A DNA stretch of 64,000 nucleotides from an uncultured delta proteobacterium (GCA_963803435.1 CAWDML010000001.1:864001-928000); one strand, 5' to 3'; counted from the stretch's first letter, positions 49,607 through 59,602 are shown. Made by a program: numbers and translations. Notes: a model not told the origin generated them from the sequence alone.

Positions 49607-50050
49607 TCATGGTGAGACTCCTTCACGATAGAGCGCGGCGCCGGCGAGCGACGCAGCGAGCGTCGTGATCAGCTGGATGGCCGCGACCTTCCACCACAGC
49701 GCATGGCTGTAGAAGCCGAGCGGGATGAACTGCGCCGGTCCGGAGACCGAGCAGACGAGCCAGATGACGAGCCCCGCCCACAGCGCCGTCTTCGGCCCCG
49801 CGCCGTAGCGCGCGCGCATCATCACGTAGAGGAAGACGGCGCCGAGACCGCGGCCCAGCTCATAGTCGAAGAACGAGATCAGCGCCGCGGCGTGCCCCCC
49901 CGGGTGAGGCGGCTGCGCCGTGAGGGCCTCGTACAAACGGGCCCAATCGGCGTGCAGCAGCTGCTCGTGCATGACGCCGTCGGTCGCGAAGCAGATCAGC
50001 GTCGCGACGACGCCTCCGACCAGGAGCCGGGTCCAGTCGACTCGCGTCAT
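49607..50050 (-). CDS. Small 4-TM membrane protein
   Basis: Hydrophobic segments; R.GAGPKTA..AG motif; ends GAALYRE. Confidence 0.72.
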   Translation of the reverse strand: MTRVDWTRLLVGGVVATLICFATDGVMHEQLLHADWARLYEALTAQPPHPGGHAAALISFFDYELGRGLGAVFLYVMMRARYGAGPKTALWAGLVIWLVCSVSGPAQFIPLGFYSHALWWKVAAIQLITTLAASLAGAALYREGVSP

Positions 50051-50054
50051 ACGA

Positions 50055-50423
50055 CTAGCGCTTCGCAGCGGTGGTCTTAGTGTACTTCGGCTCGTACAGC
50101 TGGACCCTCACGCCCCCGGGCATCGTGAAGTGGGTGACGAAGCCGTAGCCGTGATCGGCGATGGCGTCATCGAACTTCACGCCGCGCGCCTCGAGCTCCT
50201 TCACGGTACCCTTCACGTCGTCGGTGAAGAACGAGATGTCGTGAGTGCCGCTCGACGACTCGTCGCCGTCCGTCGGGTGCACGCCGAGATCGCCCGCCGG
50301 GAAGTCGAAGATGAGCCAACCGCCGCCGGTGTCGGTGAACGGCAGCTGGAGCTTGTCCTTCAAGAACGCCCGCAGCTCCGCGGCCTTCGACGAATAGAAC
50401 ATTCCGTGGATACCTTTAATCAT
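50055..50423 (-). CDS. VOC/glyoxalase family protein
   Basis: AGGAGG RBS; GGGWLIF...VHP...D.GYG......PGG....LYEP. Confidence 0.85.
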   Translation of the reverse strand: MIKGIHGMFYSSKAAELRAFLKDKLQLPFTDTGGGWLIFDFPAGDLGVHPTDGDESSSGTHDISFFTDDVKGTVKELEARGVKFDDAIADHGYGFVTHFTMPGGVRVQLYEPKYTKTTAAKR

Positions 50424-50477
50424 GTGTTCGACCTCCTTGGCCTACATCGCTTCCATTACGGGGCCGCCGGGCGTCCT

Positions 50478-51416
50478 TTAGTCGCCCGACCAAAAAAAGA
50501 TGGCGAGGCGAATCGCGAGATAGAGGGTGAGGACCGCCAGCAGCGGCCGATAGGGCTTGGAGACGCGGTTGAAACGCCCGAGCAGCGACTCGGGATAGGC
50601 GCTCACGCTGTCGCCCCCGAGGTAACGCCGGATGTCCTTCGCGAGCTCGTCCGCAGTCGGGTAACGGTCCGCCGGCGCCGCGGCGGTCGCGTGGGCGCAG
50701 ACGGCGAGCAACGAGGGCGCGGCGTCCTCCCCCGCGACGTGGGCCAGGAGTGTCCCGAGAGCATAGACATCGCTCCGCTGATCCGCCGCCTCTCCGCGCG
50801 CCTGCTCGGGCGCCATCCAGCTCGTCGTCCCCACGATCACGCCATGGCCGGTGATCTGCGGTGAGCTCGACGAGGGTGAGCTGCCGCGCGGGTCGAGCGA
50901 GCCGACCTCCTTCGCCACGCCCCAGTCCAACACCAGCGCCTCACCGTACTCGCCGACCATGATGTTCGCGGGCTTCAGGTCGCGGTGGATGACGCCGTGC
51001 GAGTGCGCGAACGCCACCGTTTCGCAGATGCGCGCGACCAGCTCGAGCGCGGTGGTGCGGCTCGGTCCGGTGGCAAGCCACGCGTCGAAGCGCTGCCCGC
51101 GCACGTGCTTCATGACGCAATAGGGCCGGCCGTCCGGCAGCACGCCGGCGTCGTAGACGGGGACGATGCCCGGGTGCTCGAGCCGCGCCAGGAAGCGCGC
51201 TTCGAGCAGCAGTCGCGCCGTGAGCTCTCCCGAGGGATCGGGAGCGACGAGGACCTTCATAGCGACTTGGCGGCCGAGCTCGGTGTCGTTCACGCGGTAC
51301 ACGGCGCCCATGCCACCGCGACCGATGGGCTCGACGAGCTCGTACTTCGTCCCCGAGAGGTCCGGATGGTCCGTGACCCGACGTAGATGCTCCAGCACAC
51401 GATCCGAGAGGCTCAT
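50478..51416 (-). CDS. Ser/Thr protein kinase coupled to ECF sigma factor
   Basis: IGRGGMG, VAMK, HRDLKPAN, DWG, MAPEQ; ATGA overlap with the sigma gene. Confidence 0.92.
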   Translation of the reverse strand: MSLSDRVLEHLRRVTDHPDLSGTKYELVEPIGRGGMGAVYRVNDTELGRQVAMKVLVAPDPSGELTARLLLEARFLARLEHPGIVPVYDAGVLPDGRPYCVMKHVRGQRFDAWLATGPSRTTALELVARICETVAFAHSHGVIHRDLKPANIMVGEYGEALVLDWGVAKEVGSLDPRGSSPSSSSPQITGHGVIVGTTSWMAPEQARGEAADQRSDVYALGTLLAHVAGEDAAPSLLAVCAHATAAAPADRYPTADELAKDIRRYLGGDSVSAYPESLLGRFNRVSKPYRPLLAVLTLYLAIRLAIFFWSGD

Positions 51417-52117
51417 GCAGCGTCCACCCCCAAAAGCGCGCGCGCTTCGCTCCGGAACTCCTCGTCGCTCGCCGTGAGCTCGCGAAGGGTCTCGAGAACC
51501 GCGATCCGCAGCTCGCGCCGCACGGCTGCGAGGTGGTTGGTCACGTCGGTCGGCTTGATCCCGAGCTGCTGCGCCAGCGCGGCGTAGGTGGGGCGGTCCG
51601 GGGGATCGACGAGATCATAACCCTCGAACAAGGCCAGGCGCGTCTTCGCGATCGGCTCCTGCGCGCGCTGTCGCAGCTCGAGGATCGCGCCGTCGAAGAT
51701 GCTCCGGGCCCACTCCCGCTCGAACCACCGCTCCACATCGTCGATCCCGCCCGCGCCGGCGAGCTCGTGCTCGGCGCTCTCGAAGTCCAACGCGAGCACT
51801 GCGCCGCCGCGCTTCACCGCCTTCTCTGCGCTCGCGGCCTTCGCCACGTAGCGATCGACGCAGACTCGCAGGAAGGTGCGGAAGCGTCCCTTCTGGGGAT
51901 CGAACGCCGCGAGGTACTCCTTCTCGGTCGCGGCGGCGAAGAATCCTTGCGTGAGATCCTTGGCGTCGTCGTGGCTCCGCTTCCACTTCAAGCGCACGTA
52001 CTTGTAGACCGGCTTCCAGTACGCTTGCACGATGCGTTCGAGCGCCCGATGCCGCTCGCTCGCGCTCTCCGACGCGATGCCGGCGAGCAGCGAGACCCGC
52101 GTCGCGGGAAAGGTCAC
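51413..52117 (-). CDS. ECF sigma-70 factor (kinase-associated type)
   Basis: FPATRVSLL, YWKPVYKYVR, DAKDLTQGFF, GRFRTFL, C-terminal HTH YAALAQQLG. Confidence 0.88.
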   Translation of the reverse strand: MTFPATRVSLLAGIASESASERHRALERIVQAYWKPVYKYVRLKWKRSHDDAKDLTQGFFAAATEKEYLAAFDPQKGRFRTFLRVCVDRYVAKAASAEKAVKRGGAVLALDFESAEHELAGAGGIDDVERWFEREWARSIFDGAILELRQRAQEPIAKTRLALFEGYDLVDPPDRPTYAALAQQLGIKPTDVTNHLAAVRRELRIAVLETLRELTASDEEFRSEARALLGVDAA

Positions 52118-52273
52118 CGCCCGAGGCTGCCACCGGCCAGGCGGCGGAGCAACGCAGATCGCCAACCCGCTGCAGGCGGCGAACGCTCGGTCGCCGATCC
52201 GCCGGCGGCACGAGCTTGGGCGATCGCGCGACGCTCGCGACCGCAAGAACGATCGGAGTATGCTCCCCACCCC

Positions 52274-52639
52274 ATGAAGACGCGCGCCACCACGCTCTAC
52301 CCATTCGTCCCGTCAGGAGAGAACTTCCCGACTGCGCTCGCCTTCTTCGCGGACATTGGGTTCGAGAAGACCTGGGAGGCCGACGGCCTCGCTGGTCTCC
52401 GCTTCGGCGGCGCCTACTTCATCCTCCAACAGATCGACGTTCCGATCTGGCAAACGAATCAGATGCTCACGTTCGAGGTGGATGACCTCGACGCCTACTG
52501 GAAGGAGCTCCAGGCGATGGACCTGCCGAGCAGGTACTCCGGCGTGAGGCTTCGCGATCCGACCGACTTTCCGTGGGGTCGCGAGGTGCACATCGTCGAC
52601 CCGGGTGGCGTCTGCTGGCACGTCCGCCAGGCGCCGTGA
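52274..52639 (+). CDS. Glyoxalase/bleomycin-resistance family protein
   Basis: PFVPSG...FFADIGF...VDDLD.YW...PWGREVHIVDPGGVCWH. Confidence 0.88.
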   Translation: MKTRATTLYPFVPSGENFPTALAFFADIGFEKTWEADGLAGLRFGGAYFILQQIDVPIWQTNQMLTFEVDDLDAYWKELQAMDLPSRYSGVRLRDPTDFPWGREVHIVDPGGVCWHVRQAP

Positions 52640-52891
52640 GCACGAGCGATGCCTCGAACGTCCCTCACTCCACCGGCGCGACCCGGTAGGGGGTGCGCGA
52701 TGATGGAGGCGCGCGATCGATCATCGCGGCGGCGCTCGGATCGCGTGGCGCAGAGGCGAGGCGGATGTTCGGGATGCCGGCGCTCAAAGGCCGGCGGGAA
52801 CCCGTTCGCCGGTGGGGCCCAGACAACGGCGAGCGCTTACACGACCGGTGACATCGCAGCACCCGCCTGCGGGCGAGGCTATACTGAACCG

Positions 52892-54699
52892 GTGCGCCTG
52901 TGCTCGGCCGCCCTCCTCCTGCTCGCCGCCACCTCCGCGTGCAAGTTCGCAGAGCCGGACTATACCGGCAGGTCATGCAACATCGACAAGCCCTGCCCTC
53001 CCGGCTATCGATGCGGCGACGACGACGTTTGCTCCCGTCCCACCGAGATGACGCTCGAGGTCGACGCCTCGACGCCGATGGACGCCACGGTCGACGCGAC
53101 GGTCGGCGCCGACGCTGCCCTCGAGGACGACGGCGCGGTTCTCCCGGACGCCGCCGAGGCCGCGGACGCCGGACCGGAAGCGCCCGACGCCGGCCCGCCG
53201 CCGTTCGATGCGGGACCGCCGATCCACGCGCTGTCCGTCCCCGTCCCACTCCGGTTCGCAGGCGCCGATCAACACCGGATCTATACGCAGCTCCAGCTCC
53301 CGCCCGAGGGCGCCACCGCGATCGACGCGGCCGCTCAGGTGGCAGCGCTCCGCGCAGCCGGGTTCCGGGTGCTGCGGATCTTCTCCATCAGGAGGAGCTC
53401 GTCCCCTGGGAACGACCGCCCGTGAGCCTGACGTTCGAGTCGCCGATCGGCGTCTACCACGACGAAGGGCTGGACTGGATCGATCGCTTGATGGTGGAGC
53501 TGGTCGGCGATCCCGACGATCCCTTCGACGACATCAAGCTGATCGTCACGATGTTCAACGCCCTCCAGGGCACGGCGAGCGGTGACGTCCAGGAGTCGCT
53601 CTACCTGGGCACCTACGGCGAGATCGGCTTCTATACCGACCCCGCTGCAAAACAGGCGTTCGAGGACCGCATCACGCACATCCTCGAGCACCGCAACCCG
53701 TATTTCGATGCTGCTTGGAAAGATCTCGACATCATCGCCGCCTGGGAGCCGATGAACGAGCCCGGGATCCACACGCGCAACGACGCGGTCTCTACCGACG
53801 CGACGATCCTGGCCGGGTGGCTCGGCGAGATGGCCGCGCACATCAAGTCGATCGATCCCGACACCCTGGTGAGCAGCGGGACCAGCGGCGGCTCCGGATA
53901 CTGGTCCTACGACATCGGCGATCGACTGCCCGATCTGATCGCGGCGGGAGGTCCGGACGGCGTCCCTGGTGTCGACGTCTACACACTCCACTACTACGGC
54001 GAGGATCCCGGGCTGTGGCTCTCCGACGCGGGCGCGGCCCTTCCCGCCGGCAAACGGCTGTGGGTGACCGAGTTTGGCGACACGCGCACGCCAGCCTACC
54101 CCGCGACCTACGACCCCGGCCCGACCGGCGTGCTCGGCAAGCTTCACGGGTGGCGCCTACCTTGGATGTTCTGGCGGATGGGCATCCGTACCGAGGCCAA
54201 CACCTTCTCCCGCTTCACCTGGGACGCCGACTGGGACGCGATGGCGGCGCTCGGCGGCGGCTACACCCGACCGCTCGAGGACTTCGAGCGGGGCGTGACC
54301 GGTACGGTCACCCGGTTCGACGAGACTGTGGTGACCACGGAAGCGGTCGCAGACGGCCGGGGCCTCGCGATGAAGTACACGATGACCGGACCATACGAGG
54401 AGATCTTCTATCATTTCGGCGGCACCATCGACGTCGCTGGCTCGGCGATCACGTTCCGCGCGCGGGCATCGACCCCGATGGACGTGGAGGTTCAGCTCAA
54501 CGACGGCGTGGGCGGCTATACCCAGCCGAACCCGTTCATCGCATTGACCTCCTCTTGGACGTACTACCAGCTCCCGGCGGCGGAGTTCACGCCGCAGGAC
54601 GGTCTCGACCCCTCGCAGGTGTCGAGCCTCGCGTTCTGGTTCAAGGACGGCTCCGCTGCCGCTGCCGAGTTCTATCTAGACGACGTCTGGATCTGGTAG
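52892..54699 (+). CDS. Clan GH-A (GH5-like) glycoside hydrolase lipoprotein with C-terminal CBM-like domain; apparent frameshift ~53385
   Basis: TSAC lipobox and Cys-rich N-terminus; WEPMNEP (acid/base), HYY, VTEFG (nucleophile); C-terminal W..YQLP..EF...FYLDD. Confidence 0.8.
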
Positions 54700-55597
54700 C
54701 GAAATGACGAGGCCTCAGCGCCAGGAGGACGATCCACCACCACCCAGGCGACGACGACGCGCCCGCAGCGCTGTGGCAGCTGCACGCGTCGGGCGACTCG
54801 TCGGCCGGAGCGGTCGCGTCCGCGGTGCTGGCATCCTCCGGCGGGATCGTCGCATCCTGAGCGAGGACTCCGGCGTCGGCGGGCGCCTCGCACGGGTGCG
54901 CCGCGCGCCAGCGATCGTAGTCCGCGCGGAGCAGGACGAGCGGGTTCATCGGCGCGATATCGTCGACTCGGAGCGAGAGCCACTCCGGAGCGCCGGGGCG
55001 ATCGACGCGGATGAAGGCGCCGTCGGAGGGGATGCCGTTCGGGGTGCAGCGCATGTCGCCACCTCCATCCGCGGCGCCAGCCTCGAGGGCGAGCATCAGG
55101 CGGTCGGCGAGATCGCAGCCGCCGGACTCGAAGGCGCGGGCTGCCGCGGTCACCACCGCCTCGCCGGTGAGGATGTTGCCCTGCGCCGTGTAGACCAGCG
55201 AGCCAACGCCGCCGCTGGTGTGGCCAGCCCACGCCCCGCAGTCGGCGCCGGTGAAGGCCGCGGTGAGACCGGCCGCAGTGGTGACGCCGTACTGTCGCTG
55301 AGAGGCGCTCGAATCGAACGCAGGTGAGGTGATCTCGGCGATGATCGCGTCCGGCGTGCGCCCTGCCAACAGCAGCTCGACGGCACGGTCTCGGGCAGCG
55401 GCGTTGAAGGCGGCCTGCGCATGCACCACGCCGATGCCGGGCGCGGAGCCGTAGATGACGGAGACCGAGGAGCGTCCCACGCACGAGGTCCCGGCGCCGC
55501 CCACCTCGGCGGTAGCGGTGTCAGCACCGGTGATCGAGTAGGTCGCCTCGGCGCGGGCGGAGGCGAGCAGGATCGCCGCCGCGAGCATCCACCGCAT
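54641..55597 (-). CDS. DUF1028 family protein with MYXO-CTERM-like tail
   Basis: TYSI, AQA, RQYG, AFTG, QGNIL, LADRLMLALEAG...GGD.RC; tail ACSC....WWWIVLLALR. Confidence 0.82.
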   Translation of the reverse strand: MRWMLAAAILLASARAEATYSITGADTATAEVGGAGTSCVGRSSVSVIYGSAPGIGVVHAQAAFNAAARDRAVELLLAGRTPDAIIAEITSPAFDSSASQRQYGVTTAAGLTAAFTGADCGAWAGHTSGGVGSLVYTAQGNILTGEAVVTAAARAFESGGCDLADRLMLALEAGAADGGGDMRCTPNGIPSDGAFIRVDRPGAPEWLSLRVDDIAPMNPLVLLRADYDRWRAAHPCEAPADAGVLAQDATIPPEDASTADATAPADESPDACSCHSAAGASSSPGWWWIVLLALRPRHFATRSRRRLDRTRQRQRSRP

Positions 55598-55644
55598 CTC
55601 GGCCGATGGAAGGCCGCGCCCAGCGTGGCCTCGACGCCGCCCCA

Positions 55645-56863
55645 TCACGGCACCTCGATCACGAACCAGCCGGCGAGGCCGCGGTTCTGGCTCGATCCGC
55701 GCTCGAGCACGAGCGACGGTCCGGCGATGACCCGGGCGGTGTACCAGATCTCGCCGACCTGATCATGGCTCCCGTCCGCCAGGAGATCGGAGGCGCCGCT
55801 CCGCTGGTTGCCGGTGAGGAGCGCGATGGTCCGGGCCGGATCGGCCCCCGGAAGCGCCACCTCCACCCTACTGGTGCCGGCGGCGACGGTCGCCTCACCC
55901 TGCTCTACGCGGAAGCCGCTCGGGAGCGTCACCACCTGGTACACCAGCGCGATCGGGCTGCCCGTCGCCAGGCGCTGGAAGGAGACCGAGGTGCTGCTGC
56001 TGAGCGTCGCCTCGATCGCGTGCGGGCCGATCAGCGAGGTGGCCACGGTGACGCCCCAGGAGGCGAGAAGAAAGCTGCGATCCACCGGCACCGGCGCGAT
56101 CGTGACCACCTTCGCGGTGTCGGTGCTGGTCATGGCCGCTTCGCCCTGCAAGACGCGCGCATCGTCGATGGTCACCACCTGCCAATCGAACACACCGTCG
56201 GCGCTGTTGGCCGAAACGCCGATCTCCAACCGGTCAGTCGCCACCAGCCGGGCGAAGACCCAGTCGCACTGGTCATAGCTGAAGCCGGCCTTCGAGAACG
56301 AGACCAGCGGAAAGCTTCGATCGAGCGGAACCGGGTCGATCCGGATCGAGAGGACGTTGATCACTCCGGAGTCGGAGGACTCTGTGCCACGCTGCACCGT
56401 CGCACCCGCGCCGAGCTCGAGGATCGACCACACGACCCGCCCGGACGCCGACGGCTGCTCCCTGTGGAGCTCGAGATGGCTCGCATCAATCAGGCGCCCG
56501 CCCACCTGTCCGTCCTGAGGCGCGATGCTGACGGTCGTGGCGGAGAGGAACAGCACCGAGCGGTCGAGCGCGACCGGCGGGATCGGGACGGAGGTGGTGG
56601 TGAGCCCGGCCAGTGAGACCGTCCCGGTCAAGACCCGGCTGGCGCTCTCGGCGTCGGGGCTCGAATCCATCTGCGACGGAGCCGTCCTCCATCGACGCAT
56701 CCGCGACCGCGCCGTCCTTCGCCAAACCGTCGGCGTCGGCTTCGCCGCCGTCGTCATCTCCGACCGCACCGTCGCGGTGGGGGATCGACCCCGGGTCGGC
56801 CGCCGGCGCCTCGAACACGCACGCAGGCGCCAGCGCGATCGAGAGGAGCAACAATGGGCGCAC
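55645..56863 (-). CDS. Hypothetical lipoprotein with 3-4 internal beta-rich repeats; apparent frameshift at 56663
   Basis: ORF 56486..56863 (LAPAC lipobox) joins 55645..56934 when one base is removed at GAATC; repeats of the form VQ.G......V.I.PV..DRSF. Confidence 0.7.
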
Positions 56864-57074
56864 CGGTCGCCAGGATCGCGCAGGGGTCCACGACGGGCAA
56901 CTCCGGCCCCAGGTTGTTGCGACCGATCGGCCAAGCTAAGAGACTTGCTCCTCCTCGAGTCTCAGGGGCTGAAGACAGAGGTGCCTCTCACAAAGAAGCG
57001 GTCCTCGGTGAAACGTCCGATCTGTCTGTGGGAATCAGCTCGACAGGCCGTGCGATCCTCGCAAGATTGAACCC

Positions 57075-57467
57075 ATGATCTCCGGTTCCTGCCACTGCGG
57101 TGCGGTGCGCTTCGAGCTCGCCGCGCCCCCCGAGGAGGTCACCGACTGCAACTGCTCGATCTGCCGACGCCTCGGTGTCCTCTGGGCCTACTATCGACCC
57201 GATCAGGTGACGATGATCCGCGAGCCCGGGGCGACGCTCGCCTACGTCTGGAGCGACAAGCTCCTCGAGTTTCACACCTGCCGCACCTGCGGCTGCACCA
57301 CCAGCTGGGAGCCGGTCGACAAGGCCCGCGATCGTATGGCGATCAACGCGCGGCTCATCGATCCGCCCCTCTCCGGCGTACCCGTCATGCACTTCGACGG
57401 CGCCGACACCTGGAAGCCGGTGGGGCGCAGCGTGTTTCCGCCGGAGCCGTTCCGCAGCGACGAATAG
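57075..57467 (+). CDS. GFA/CENP-V family Zn-binding protein
   Basis: GSCHCGAVRF, CNCSICRR, CRTCGC. Confidence 0.9.
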   Translation: MISGSCHCGAVRFELAAPPEEVTDCNCSICRRLGVLWAYYRPDQVTMIREPGATLAYVWSDKLLEFHTCRTCGCTTSWEPVDKARDRMAINARLIDPPLSGVPVMHFDGADTWKPVGRSVFPPEPFRSDE

Positions 57468-57509
57468 CGGTCTCTTTCGCAACGGCCCGCTTGGTGGCAC
57501 ATCATCGCC

Positions 57510-58091
57510 ATGGACGACAGCGACTGGATGCGGACCGCGATCGAGGAGGCAGAGCGCGCGCGGGGCAAGACCGGCGACAACCCGTGGGTGGGGTGCGTCA
57601 TCGTCTGCGAGGAGCGGATCGTGGGACGTGGCCACACGGAGGGCCCTGGCGAGGATCACGCGGAGGTCGGCGCGATCCGCGAGGCCCACGCTGCGGGCGC
57701 CGTGCTGCGCGTGGCCAGCCTGTACTCGACGCTCGAGCCTTGCTCATTTCACGGACGCACGCCGGCGTGCGCGCGGATGATCGCCGATCAGGGCGTGGGG
57801 CGAGTCGTGTTCGGAATGCGCGACCCGAACCCGCGCGTCGACGGGCTCGGCGGGCAGATCCTCGCGGCCGCAGGGATCGTGGTCGTGGAAGGCGTGCTCG
57901 AGGCGGAGATCCGGCGACAGCTCGGATCGTGGGTGCTCGCGCACCACGAGCACGAGGCGATCCGTCGGGCGTGCTCGCTGTACCTTCCGACGCGCGACGT
58001 CGAGGCGACGGTCGGCGCGATCCGGGACGCATACGCGATCGACGAGACGCGCGCCCGGGCGCTGGTGGAGCGCGCCGTGCTCCTGGTCTGA
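57510..58091 (+). CDS. RibD-like Zn deaminase domain protein (no reductase domain)
   Basis: NPWVGCVIV, HAE, TLEPCSFHGRTPAC, DPNPRV.G.G. Confidence 0.85.
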   Translation: MDDSDWMRTAIEEAERARGKTGDNPWVGCVIVCEERIVGRGHTEGPGEDHAEVGAIREAHAAGAVLRVASLYSTLEPCSFHGRTPACARMIADQGVGRVVFGMRDPNPRVDGLGGQILAAAGIVVVEGVLEAEIRRQLGSWVLAHHEHEAIRRACSLYLPTRDVEATVGAIRDAYAIDETRARALVERAVLLV

Positions 58092-58174
58092 GCCGATCGA
58101 CGCGCGGAGCGGTCGAGTGAACGGGCTCATGCCGGACGCGCCCTCCCACCGGAATCCTGCTAGCATCCTCGCGC

Positions 58175-59569
58175 TTGGCTCCACGATTCGAGCGCGCGGC
58201 GAGGGTGCGAATCTTCGATCATCGCCATTCGATGACCGTCCTCGGGTCGGATCGGGCCGTCCGCCGGTTCGACGGTGATTCAGCGGAGCTCGCCCGCGCG
58301 GTGCTCGCTCATCTTCCGTGCGACCGCGAGCAGTTGCTGCAGCACCTGACGGAGCTCGGAGGACCGATCGAGCACCCGGAGGTCGTGGATCAGCTCCTCG
58401 ATCTGCTGCTGGCCGCCAACGTGATCCGCGAGGGCTCGCCCGCGCCCGCCAAGCCGAAGCCGGCGGGAGCCCGGATCCTGGTGGGTCTCACCGGCGCCGC
58501 GGCTACCATGCACAGCCCCGCGCTCGTCCGGAGCTTGCAGCGACGCGGTCACGAGGTGCGCATCGCCACCACTGAGAACGCGCTCCGCTTCGTCACGACC
58601 GACGCGCTCACGGCGCTGACACACGAGCCGGTCTACACCGGAATGTTCGACGCCCCTTCGATCGCGCCCCACATCGAGCTCGCAGAGTGGGTGGACGCGG
58701 TCGTGATCTCCCCGGCCACCGCGACCACGATCGCACGCATCGCGGGCGGTGATTGCTCCGATCTGGTCGCAGCCGTCGCCGTCTCCACTCGAGCGCCGGT
58801 GATCATCGCACCCTCCATGAACCCCGCGATGCTCGAGGCCGCCTCCGTGCAACGCAACCTGCAGACGCTCCGCGAAGACGGCTTCTTCGTCGTCCACCCG
58901 CAGCTCGCCGAAGAGGTGGCGCACGCTCCCGGCGAACGCACCGGAGTCCTCGGTGGCGCCGCCGACGGAGAGTCGATCGCCGAGATCCTGGAGATCATCC
59001 TGGCCGCCCACCCTGTGGACTGGGACGCGATCTATCGCACGACGACTCCGGGGACGCTGGCCTGGTTCGAGCCCGACCTCGATCCGGACCTCGCCCAGAT
59101 CCTGGAGCGCGAGGCACTGCCCGGGTCGCGCCTGCTCGACGCGGGCACCGGCCTCGGATCGGTCGCCGCCGGCGCGGCACGCATGGGCTTCTCTGTGGTC
59201 GCGACCGACGTCTCTCCTGCGGCGCTCGCCCGCGCCCGGGAGCGAGCCCAGGATCTCGAAATCATCTGGCTGCTCGACGACATCACGGAGAGTCGGTTGC
59301 AGACTGTCTTCGACACGGTGATCGATCGTGCGTGCCTCCACGTCCTCCCTGAGAAGCGCGTCGCGGGCTACGTCGATACGATCGCGCGCGTCGCGGGCTC
59401 TCTGCTCTTGATCAAGACCTGTGCGAACGAGGAGACCCCCGGAACGCGCGCCTACTCACCGGAGCAGATCGCGCGGCTGTTCTCCGATCGCTTCCAGCTC
59501 CGCGCATCGATCCCATCGTCGATCGCGCGGCTCCCGGCGACCCTCTTCGTCCTGAAGCGACTTCCCTGA
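58175..59569 (+). CDS. Three-domain fusion: RRE/wHTH-like + HFCD (LanD/PPCDC-type) flavoprotein + TPMT-like SAM methyltransferase
   Basis: ILVGLTGAAA, PHIELAEWVD, PATATTIARIA, APSMNPAM (HFCD motifs); DWDAIY..LAW, LLDAGTGLG, DRACLH (thiol-methyltransferase-like); N-terminal ~85 aa of 3 strands + 3 helices. Confidence 0.85.
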   Translation: MAPRFERAARVRIFDHRHSMTVLGSDRAVRRFDGDSAELARAVLAHLPCDREQLLQHLTELGGPIEHPEVVDQLLDLLLAANVIREGSPAPAKPKPAGARILVGLTGAAATMHSPALVRSLQRRGHEVRIATTENALRFVTTDALTALTHEPVYTGMFDAPSIAPHIELAEWVDAVVISPATATTIARIAGGDCSDLVAAVAVSTRAPVIIAPSMNPAMLEAASVQRNLQTLREDGFFVVHPQLAEEVAHAPGERTGVLGGAADGESIAEILEIILAAHPVDWDAIYRTTTPGTLAWFEPDLDPDLAQILEREALPGSRLLDAGTGLGSVAAGAARMGFSVVATDVSPAALARARERAQDLEIIWLLDDITESRLQTVFDTVIDRACLHVLPEKRVAGYVDTIARVAGSLLLIKTCANEETPGTRAYSPEQIARLFSDRFQLRASIPSSIARLPATLFVLKRLP

Positions 59570-59602
59570 CGCTCGCGACCCGACCGGGCCGCCGCACCCT
59601 CA

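Noticed and set aside
52640-52880. Possible structured RNA in a 240-bp intergenic gap
   Set aside because: No recognisable riboswitch, tRNA or SRP motifs by eye; an Rfam scan would be needed.
58175-59569. CoaBC (CoA biosynthesis)
   Set aside because: No CoaB ligase domain and no ACG clamp cysteine; it has extra N-terminal and methyltransferase domains instead.
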